A stretch of 43,704 bases of DNA from an uncultured Candidatus Peribacteria bacterium (GTDB lineage Bacteria; Patescibacteriota; Gracilibacteria; UBA1369; LOWO2-01-FULL-3): positions 1 through 43,704 of the forward strand of contig CAYHSM010000001.1 of NCBI GenBank assembly GCA_964359325.1, in the 5' to 3' direction. Shown here one piece after another: positions 1 through 5,706 of this stretch; positions within the stretch are counted from its first letter, which is position 1, and every line of letters begins with the position of its first letter. The translations under genes were made by a program, and so were the position numbers. The notes under the pieces are model-generated. The model made no database searches. It was not told the origin of the DNA and worked only from the letters and a program-made list of their open reading frames with translations.

Positions 1-35
1 TGGGAGAGGGCTTTTGTAAAAAGCCCGAACCGGCT

Positions 36-176
36 ATGCAGTGTTATATGATGTATGCTTTTCCTTTCGTTTTCTGAAAGAAATCTGCTTTCCTAAAATA
101 AGGGATAAATTGAATTTCTTGTTTTGGCGAGCAAAAGAGGGGAATTAAAGGGGTGAATTTTGCGAGCCAAAACTCC
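36..176. repeat. Left arm of an imperfect inverted repeat flanking the 177..1077 two-gene cassette
   Basis: Four blocks are exact reverse complements of blocks in the right arm, in collinear inverted order: 55-68 atgcttttcctttc = 1222-1235; 88-100 ctttcctaaaata = 1193-1205; 107-117 aaattgaattt = 1179-1189; 136-144 agaggggaa = 1157-1165. Confidence 0.7.
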
Positions 177-572
177 TTATTCCTGAACTCTAAGAGACAT
201 TGAATCTACCCATTCCTCTTTGTCGTCTGCCGTTCTGATTTTTACATCATTTGAAATGTGTCTATTGTAATCGGCGTCAATGATATCGAGAATTTCTCCT
301 CTTTTTGCGACAACGATAACCTCGACTCCATGTTGTACCGAAATATCGGTCAAAGCCATTGCTTTTTTACCGATATATTTTTCACGGTGTGTGGTGTTTT
401 TCCTTTCGTCCTCTGCCTCTCTTTGTGCATTACGCGCAACAGTTTCTTGGTCAATTTTTTCATTGTACGTTTGTCTTTCTTCGTCGTTCATGGCTTCCCA
501 TGCTGTCCTTCTCCTTTCGAGTTCTTCTGCTTCATCTCTGCTTGGGACGCCTAAAGAATCAGGTGATGACAT
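177..572 (-). CDS. hypothetical protein (charged E/R-rich N-terminal half, small C-terminal domain)
   Basis: 131-aa ORF with a TAA stop, 16 nt downstream of the YbaK-like ORF on the same strand. No family recognised by eye. Confidence 0.45.
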   Translation of the reverse strand: MSSPDSLGVPSRDEAEELERRRTAWEAMNDEERQTYNEKIDQETVARNAQREAEDERKNTTHREKYIGKKAMALTDISVQHGVEVIVVAKRGEILDIIDADYNRHISNDVKIRTADDKEEWVDSMSLRVQE

Positions 573-588
573 AAAGTATATTATAAAA

Positions 589-1077
589 TTAAGAATATTG
601 TGCTATTTGCTCAAGTCTTGGTTTGGCTAATTCTGTGTAGTCGCTTGTCCTCAGGGCCATAGAGCGATCGAGTCGAGCTGCGTTAAAAAAGAGCTCTTCG
701 TTTTTTAATAATTCTGGATCAACAATCAGCTCAAGTTCAGGGTTGAATGAAAACGGCAGAATCGTGCCAGAAACACTTCCTGCTAATTTTTCGGCGATTT
801 CCGGTGTTGCGAAAGAAATATATGTACCTTGGAATAGTGCTTTTATTGCGTTTAGATTTACTTTTGCATCACCTGCGACGACAGCTAAGACATATTTTGT
901 AACTTTTTTACCGATTTTTACCATAATAACGATGCATTTCGCTGCTTGTGAAACTTTGTTGCCACGCATTGGACTAACAATTTCAGTTCTACCTTCTGGT
1001 TCGTGGTCAATCAACCTGTATTGTGCTTTATGTTGATCGAGGAGCTCTATAAGTTTCGTGTAGGTTTCATTGTCCAT
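589..1077 (-). CDS. YbaK/ProX-type aminoacyl-tRNA trans-editing (deacylase) domain protein
   Basis: 162 aa. Family-like motifs are the conserved Lys context (SQAAKCIVIMV) and a Gly-rich loop (GSVSGTILPFS, compare GxxxGGxSPxG). Size is typical of free-standing YbaK-family proteins. Confidence 0.6.
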   Translation of the reverse strand: MDNETYTKLIELLDQHKAQYRLIDHEPEGRTEIVSPMRGNKVSQAAKCIVIMVKIGKKVTKYVLAVVAGDAKVNLNAIKALFQGTYISFATPEIAEKLAGSVSGTILPFSFNPELELIVDPELLKNEELFFNAARLDRSMALRTSDYTELAKPRLEQIAQYS

Positions 1078-1120
1078 AATGTTTTGGTTAGGATTAAGTA
1101 GTAAATTATATTAATAAATC

Positions 1121-1262
1121 GTTTTCGGAGCGAAGCGGAGAAAACACAATATCTTTTTCCCCTCTAAAAATAAAGAAAAAATTCAATTTGTCTATTTTAG
1201 GAAAGTAAAAGCGTTAGCCGAGAAAGGAAAAGCATATTTCATTTAACTTGTTGCTTATACGA
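1121..1262. repeat. Right arm of the imperfect inverted repeat flanking the 177..1077 cassette
   Basis: Reverse-complement blocks listed under the left arm. It begins with the hairpin gttttc-N13-gaaaac (1121-1145). Confidence 0.7.
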
Positions 1263-1399
1263 ACCGTCGTGCCTGCCCGCCTCTGGCGTGGACGTCACGA
1301 CAAGTTTACAGATCAAGTTCCTCCCTAGGAAGGAGGCGTCAGATTGTCCACCATCACTCTCGTCCCATTCCCGGGAATTGAATTTTGCATAAGCAACAA
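1248..1399. other. GC-rich structured non-coding segment closed by an 11-bp perfect long-range stem (candidate ncRNA or miniature IR element)
   Basis: ttgttgcttat (1248-1258) is the exact reverse complement of ataagcaacaa (1389-1399). Internal hairpins: gtcgtg...cacgac (~1267-1300), cctcc-ctaggaa-ggagg, and the palindrome attcccgggaat. No ORF. Confidence 0.4.
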
Positions 1400-1482
1400 A
1401 CATTACAGGTTCGGGTTGACCCGAAAACTTAATTCAGCATAAATCTCAGATCCTCGCAACTCGATTCAAAAAAAATTTAATA

Positions 1483-1511
1483 AAATTTTAACTTTGTTTG
1501 CTATTGCAGAT
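1483..1511 (+). promoter_or_regulatory. Conserved 29-nt AT-rich motif (copy 1), possible extended -10 promoter for the tRNA-like gene
   Basis: aaattttaactttgtttgctattgcagat differs by 3 mismatches from 5099-5127 aaattttaactttgtgtgctataacagat. It contains TGcTAT and lies ~15 nt upstream of the tRNA-like gene. Confidence 0.3.
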
Positions 1512-1526
1512 ATGCAGAATCACTGT

Positions 1527-1598
1527 GAGACCAGGATGTGGCATCCACGACGGAATCGAGATTCGTCGTTCCGGGTTCGACTCCCGGTGGTTCCACCA
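1527..1598 (+). ncRNA. Aberrant tRNA-like gene (cloverleaf-like, encoded CCA, G3:U70 plus A73, anticodon-loop-like AUCGAGA)
   Basis: Acceptor GAGACCA / TGGTTCC has an A2:C71 mismatch and a G3:U70 wobble. D-like hairpin GGAT-GTGGC-ATCC has no 8-9 spacer. The CGACGGA/TTCGTCG stem is 7 bp with a 7-nt loop ATCGAGA. T arm is a perfect CCGGG-TTCGACT-CCCGG, followed by A-CCA. An outer leader/trailer stem pairs GCAGAAT (1514-1520) with ATTCTGC (1601-1607). Confidence 0.5.
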
Positions 1599-1615
1599 AT
1601 ATTCTGCACAAAAAA

Positions 1616-1633
1616 GCCCCGCCAAGGCGGGGC
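1616..1633 (+). terminator. Intrinsic-terminator-type hairpin gccccgcc-aa-ggcggggc with flanking A and T runs
   Basis: 8-bp GC stem followed by ttttt and preceded by aaaaaa, so potentially bidirectional. It is part of a 23-nt repeat also present at 2884-2906. Confidence 0.6.
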
Positions 1634-1715
1634 TTTTTAAAATTCGCGACGGAATCGAGATCAATTATATTTTATATTAAACAATTTTTTTATTCAATAC
1701 TTTTTCCACGTCAAA

Positions 1716-1746
1716 GCCGCGGTAAGAAATAAATCCTCACCGCGGC
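1716..1746 (-). terminator. Hairpin downstream of the GC-rich lipoprotein gene
   Basis: gccgcggt (1716-1723) pairs with accgcggc (1739-1746). It lies ~45 nt after the TAG stop at 1791-1793 on the minus strand. Confidence 0.4.
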
Positions 1747-1790
1747 CATGACTCGCCATGCTATTGCACCTCCTTTCTTGTAGTCTGAAT

Positions 1791-2393
1791 CTACCTGACC
1801 TCGCTGGAACCTGGGCAAGCGATCTCCGCCACATTTACCGTCGTGAAGCGGTAGCACGTCCCCGGTTTGAAAGGGGTCGGCTTCACCAGCACCACGACGG
1901 GGACGAAGAGATCCGGGCCCTTGAGGACGAACTTGCCGTCCGCGAAGTGGAGCATCCACCCCGGAGGGTAGTCGCTCAACTTCGCGGCGCCTGCGCGGGA
2001 GAATTCGTTGAGTTTAAAGTCCACGAACTTCTCCGACGGCTTCGTCCTCCCGCACATCTCCGGGTTGAGATCACAGGCTTTCGCCTTTTGCATCTCGGCC
2101 TCCCGGACCATGGCCTCCGCGAGCTTCGTCCTCTCGGTCGCGTCCGCCATGAGCACGCCCGCGTGGGCCTTTCCCGCCGCAACCTTGGCAGCCTCGGCCG
2201 CTTCCGCAGCCCTCTTGGCCTCATCGGCCTCGACCTTCTTCGCAGCCGCCTCGTCCTGGGCGACCTTGAAGGTCGCTTCGGACTGCTGCAGAGAGAACCC
2301 CTGCGTCGCGCACGAAGAGGCACCCACGACCATCGTGAGCGCCAGCACCAACACCAAACACCAGAATCCGCACTCGAACCTGACCGTCTTCAT
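1791..2393 (-). CDS. Putative lipoprotein of foreign (high-GC) origin: A/E/K-rich coiled region plus Cys-containing C-terminal domain
   Basis: 200 aa. Signal peptide with lipobox-like LTMVVGASS-C. GGAGGTG sits 7 nt upstream of the ATG. Third codon positions are strongly G/C, unlike every other gene in the window. Overlapping long ORFs on other frames are typical high-GC artefacts. Confidence 0.7.
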   Translation of the reverse strand: MKTVRFECGFWCLVLVLALTMVVGASSCATQGFSLQQSEATFKVAQDEAAAKKVEADEAKRAAEAAEAAKVAAGKAHAGVLMADATERTKLAEAMVREAEMQKAKACDLNPEMCGRTKPSEKFVDFKLNEFSRAGAAKLSDYPPGWMLHFADGKFVLKGPDLFVPVVVLVKPTPFKPGTCYRFTTVNVAEIACPGSSEVR

Positions 2394-2889
2394 AGCACAC
2401 CTCCGTGACTCGGTTACATGGTTGGTCTTTCCATTTTTCCTTTAACTCGCCTGTCTGCGCAGAACCAGACGAATTTAAGGATAAGCACAGATTGCCGGCA
2501 CCAACCGATTTCCGGCAGCCTGATCGTGCCAATTAAAATTGTTAATTAACACAAGCAGACCGCCGAAAACTTGGCGCAAATTCACAAAAATACAAATAAA
2601 AGGAATAATTGCAATAGTTAGCAAGCCAATATTTCTTCCCTTTCGGGGCATTCCTACGCCTGAAATCCACGCATAAAAATACGCACAAATATAAGGGTGA
2701 AATAACCCACGCTTTAAAGAGAAGAAAGTTGGCTTGTAACTGAATTTTAGCCTAAAAGTTAAGGAACGCTATCTTTAAAGACACAAAAATCTCCAAAAAT
2801 AGCTTTTAAGGTACCACAAAACGAGAAAATGTCAACCATGAATTACTAAAAATGTAAAAATTTCTTACTTTTTTATATTTTGAAAAAAA

Positions 2890-2906
2890 GCCCCGCCAAG
2901 GCGGGG
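2890..2906 (-). terminator. Terminator hairpin immediately 3' of the CAU tRNA
   Basis: On the minus strand ccccgcc-ttgg-cgggg is followed by ctttttttc, starting 4 nt after the tRNA CCA end. Confidence 0.6.
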
Positions 2907-2909
2907 TGG

Positions 2910-2986
2910 TGGTGGCAGGGGAGAGAATCGAACTCTCGACCTTAGGGTTATGAATCCTACGCTCTCACCAACTGAGCTACCCTGCC
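2910..2986 (-). tRNA. tRNA with CAU anticodon, elongator type (Met, or Ile2 if lysidine-modified)
   Basis: Reverse complement is GGCAGGGTAGCTCAGTTGGTGAGAGCGTAGGATTCATAACCCTAAGGTCGAGAGTTCGATTCTCTCCCCTGCCACCA. It folds as a canonical cloverleaf with T arm GAGAG-TTCGATT-CTCTC and an encoded CCA. Confidence 0.9.
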
Positions 2987-2997
2987 TGGGGGGGAGT

Positions 2998-3024
2998 GGA
3001 TAAGGTGTCCCGCCAGGGCGGGAC
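2998..3024. repeat. 27-nt unit ggataaggtgtcccgccagggcgggac (inverted partner at 3260-3286)
   Basis: Exact reverse complement of 3260-3286. Contains the hairpin gtcccgcc-agg-gcgggac. Confidence 0.85.
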
Positions 3025-3096
3025 AGTTTATTTGATAGCCGTCCTTGGTCCTCGCTACGCTCGGGGACGGCATGAAATTTGCGAAGCAAATTTCTG

Positions 3097-3171
3097 TGGT
3101 TGCGGGGGACGGATTCGAACCGCCGACCTCCGGGTTATGAGCCCGACGAGCTGCCTCTGCTCTACCCCGCG
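3097..3171 (-). tRNA. Initiator tRNA-fMet (CAU)
   Basis: Reverse complement is CGCGGGGTAGAGCAGAGGCAGCTCGTCGGGCTCATAACCCGGAGGTCGGCGGTTCGAATCCGTCCCCCGCAACCA. It has the C1:A72 mismatch and three G-C pairs at the base of the anticodon stem, both bacterial initiator hallmarks. Confidence 0.92.
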
Positions 3172-3259
3172 TCGTAAACCGTAAACACGCAAAAAAAAAT
3201 ACTTTAAAAGATAAGGAAAGTCAACAGCCCGACCTTCGGTCGGGCCTATTTAAAAAACC

Positions 3260-3286
3260 GTCCCGCCCTGGCGGGACACCTTATCC
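3260..3286 (-). terminator. Second copy of the 27-nt unit, acting as the terminator of the FtsB-like gene
   Basis: On the minus strand the stop TAA (3281-3283) lies inside the unit. The hairpin gtcccgcc-agg-gcgggac is followed by ggttttttaaat. Confidence 0.6.
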
Positions 3287-3679
3287 CCCAAAGAAAAATT
3301 CCCACCATTGTTCAGGATTTGACATCCTCGCTTTTTGAGAAAGAGCACCAACGTCCTCTTGTTCATCGGCATCACCGCCGCCGCCAACATCGGAAGCCAG
3401 TACTATCACTTCCTCACCTTGATTCACCAACCCCAAATTCTGTTTTGCAATTTTGTCTATATATTCTTGAGAAGTAAAATAAAGATAATCTTCACTTTTT
3501 TTACGATTTTCACTTTCAATCAAAGCATTTTCCTGCTCAAAAGTTTCAATATATTTATCAACTTTATAACTATTGTAAACATTTTTCGTCAAAGAATAGA
3601 GCAAATAGCTCACCAGCAAAAATTCAACAATAATAATAACCTTGGTAAAACTTGATGTATAAGAAAAACGTGACGACAT
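3281..3679 (-). CDS. Septum formation initiator family protein (FtsB/DivIC-like)
   Basis: 132 aa with an N-terminal TM helix, a coiled coil, and the motif IDKIAKQNLGLVNQGEEVIV typical of FtsB/DivIC. Confidence 0.65.
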   Translation of the reverse strand: MSSRFSYTSSFTKVIIIVEFLLVSYLLYSLTKNVYNSYKVDKYIETFEQENALIESENRKKSEDYLYFTSQEYIDKIAKQNLGLVNQGEEVIVLASDVGGGGDADEQEDVGALSQKARMSNPEQWWEFFFGG

Positions 3680-3738
3680 AAAGATCTTTTAAACATCAAG
3701 ACTTTAGCATAGAATAAAAACCACAAAAAGATAAAAAT

Positions 3739-5085
3739 ATGTCGATTTTAGATAAAAAATATATTCATTTTATTGGAATTGGCGGCATCGGGACTTCCAG
3801 CTTGGCTCAAATTTTACATGAGAAAGGTAAAAAAATAACCGGTTCGGATAATTGCGCCTCGGAAATCACCAAGAGTTTAAAATTGGAAGGAATAAAAATC
3901 TACGGCAATCACGACCAATCAAACATAACAAAAAAACATGAATTAGTGGTTTATTCTCCTGCCATTCCCGCAAACAATCCTGAACTGCAAAAAGCTCAAC
4001 AACTAAAGATTCCATGTCTTTCATATCCGCAAGCATTGGGAGAACTTACCAAAAAATATTACACAATCGCAATCACCGGCACTCACGGTAAATCCACGAC
4101 AACCGCAATGACCGCGCTAACGGCTATCAAAGGCCATCTTAATCCTACGGTTGTTATCGGCACCAAGCTGAAAGAATTCAAAAATAAAAATTACAGAGTG
4201 GGGGAGAGCAATTATTTGATTATAGAAGCTTGCGAATATAAAAGGTCTTTTTTGAATTTTCATCCGAATATTTTGATTATTACGAATATTGAAACCGAAC
4301 ATTTGGACTATTACAAAAATCTAAAAGATTATCAAAAAGCGTTTAATGAATTGGCGATCAAAGTGCCTAAGAATGGCTACATTATTGTCAACGATGATGA
4401 CAAAAACGTAAAACCGGTTTTAAAAGGCGCTAAAGCCAAAATCATAACTTGGAGTCAACATTCAAAAAATACAGATTTTCATTTGGTGAAAAACGAACTT
4501 ATTTATAAAAACGGCTCTAAAATAAAACTTTTCCCTGGAGTTCACGGAGAATTTAACATCAAAAATGCTGCAAACGCAGCCATCGCAGCATTATTACTCA
4601 AAATATCCCCGGCAATCATTCAAAAAGCCATTAGGACTTACAAAGGCAGTTGGCGTCGCATGCAATACAAAACAAAAAAACTTGGAAAAGTTAAATTCAT
4701 AGACGACTACGGCCATCATCCGACCGAGATCAGAGTAACATTGGCTGCAATCCGCGAAAAATATCCCGACGCCAAAATACTGTGTGTCTTTCAGCCGCAT
4801 CAATACAGCAGAACAAGGCTGTTGCTTAAAGAATTCGGCTATGCTTTTAATAATGTGGACATGGTGGTAATTCCAAATATTTACAGAGTCAGGGATACGG
4901 AAAAAGATGTAAAATCCGTGTCCGTGGATGATTTAATAAAAGAAATAAAAAAACATCAAACTCACGCTCAAAACGGCACAAACTTAAAAAAAACCGCTCA
5001 ATACATCAAAAAGAATCACGAAAAATTCGATATCATCGTGACAATGGGCGCCGGTGATATAGAAAAAATCTACAAACTTTTCTAA
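3739..5085 (+). CDS. murC: UDP-N-acetylmuramate--L-alanine ligase
   Basis: 448 aa with IHFIGIGGIGTSSLA and GTHGKSTTT P-loop motifs and Mur ligase architecture. Confidence 0.9.
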   Translation: MSILDKKYIHFIGIGGIGTSSLAQILHEKGKKITGSDNCASEITKSLKLEGIKIYGNHDQSNITKKHELVVYSPAIPANNPELQKAQQLKIPCLSYPQALGELTKKYYTIAITGTHGKSTTTAMTALTAIKGHLNPTVVIGTKLKEFKNKNYRVGESNYLIIEACEYKRSFLNFHPNILIITNIETEHLDYYKNLKDYQKAFNELAIKVPKNGYIIVNDDDKNVKPVLKGAKAKIITWSQHSKNTDFHLVKNELIYKNGSKIKLFPGVHGEFNIKNAANAAIAALLLKISPAIIQKAIRTYKGSWRRMQYKTKKLGKVKFIDDYGHHPTEIRVTLAAIREKYPDAKILCVFQPHQYSRTRLLLKEFGYAFNNVDMVVIPNIYRVRDTEKDVKSVSVDDLIKEIKKHQTHAQNGTNLKKTAQYIKKNHEKFDIIVTMGAGDIEKIYKLF

Positions 5086-5098
5086 AAAGATTTTAAAA

Positions 5099-5127
5099 AA
5101 ATTTTAACTTTGTGTGCTATAACAGAT
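5099..5127 (+). promoter_or_regulatory. Conserved 29-nt AT-rich motif (copy 2)
   Basis: Matches 26 of 29 nt with 1483-1511, and flanking A/T tracts also align. It lies between murC and relB. Confidence 0.25.
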
Positions 5128-5157
5128 CGGCATATATGTTAGTTTCCCTTGCAATGG

Positions 5158-5182
5158 TGATACACTTTTGATACACTATAAT
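5158..5182 (+). promoter_or_regulatory. Putative relBE promoter/operator: direct repeats TGATACAC x2 abutting TATAAT
   Basis: TGATACAC at 5158-5165 and 5169-5176, with TATAAT at 5177-5182, 13 nt before the relB ATG region. Confidence 0.4.
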
Positions 5183-5194
5183 TGAGAAATAATT

Positions 5195-5425
5195 ATGCAA
5201 TTCATGGCTACATCAAAAAAACGAATCAACATCAGTCTCCCTAAGGACATAGAAATAGTATTAGAGGAACTTGCTGATAGAGACAATGTACCAATGGCAA
5301 CAAAAGCCATTGAGTTGATTAAAGCCGCCATAGAAATAGATGAAGACGAAATATGGGCTAAATTAGCCGAAGAAAGGGATACTAAAGATGCAAAATTTAT
5401 TTCTCATAAAGAAGCCTGGTCATGA
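5195..5425 (+). CDS. relB: Ribbon-helix-helix antitoxin (RelB/CopG-like)
   Basis: 76 aa with an N-terminal KKRINISLPKDIEIVLEEL RHH-like strand-helix. The ATGA overlap couples it to the downstream toxin ORF. Confidence 0.7.
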   Translation: MQFMATSKKRINISLPKDIEIVLEELADRDNVPMATKAIELIKAAIEIDEDEIWAKLAEERDTKDAKFISHKEAWS

Positions 5426-5706
5426 CTTTTGAACTAAAATACGAAGAAAGGGTGGTAAGGAAAGAAATTCCAAAACTGCCTAAAAAAATGAGGTGGCAAA
5501 TTCAAAGAGACATTGAAAAAAAACTAACCACATTCCCGGAAATATTTGGAAAACCGCTACGGAAATCATTAAAAGGACACAGGCGGCTTAGAGTTGGGGA
5601 CTACAGAGTTATTTTCAGAATTGAAGGAGATATTGTAAAAATTTTTAAAATTGGACACAGGTCAATAGTCTACAAAGATTTAATTTCAAAGATGATAAAT
5701 TCCTAA
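5422..5706 (+). CDS. relE: RelE/ParE family type II toxin
   Basis: 94 aa with LRVGDYRVIFRIEGDIVKIFKIGHRSIVY, the characteristic RelE/ParE C-terminal pattern. Confidence 0.8.
   Translation: MTFELKYEERVVRKEIPKLPKKMRWQIQRDIEKKLTTFPEIFGKPLRKSLKGHRRLRVGDYRVIFRIEGDIVKIFKIGHRSIVYKDLISKMINS

Noticed and set aside
1078-1400. T-box or other riboswitch leader upstream of the YbaK-like gene, and RNase P / SRP RNA identity for the structured segment
   Set aside because: I see only a weak resemblance (tgatggtggac versus the T-box core GGGTGGTACCGCG). There is no specifier/antiterminator layout, no GAGGAAAGTCC-type RNase P core, and no SRP GGAA-tetraloop/AGCA motif. It is left as an unclassified structured segment.
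1514-1800. Circularly permuted (two-piece) tmRNA: T arm + CCA piece followed by GGGGCTTTTTAAAATTCGCGACGG, resembling a tmRNA 5' end
   Set aside because: The GGGGC is the 3' strand of an ordinary terminator hairpin. The putative acceptor pairing would need several wobbles and a U:U. I could find no pseudoknots and no tag reading frame ending in the usual hydrophobic/Ala-Ala residues downstream. The upstream piece folds better as a self-contained cloverleaf. This still deserves an ARAGORN/Infernal check.
1711-2532. Long overlapping ORFs in the GC-rich segment (1758..2408+, 1976..2323-, 2008..2445+, 2221..2532-, 1711..1959-)
   Set aside because: They are Arg/Pro/Ala-rich translations typical of off-frame reading of high-GC DNA. 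Only 1791..2393(-) has a Shine-Dalgarno sequence, a signal peptide/lipobox and a G/C-rich third codon position.
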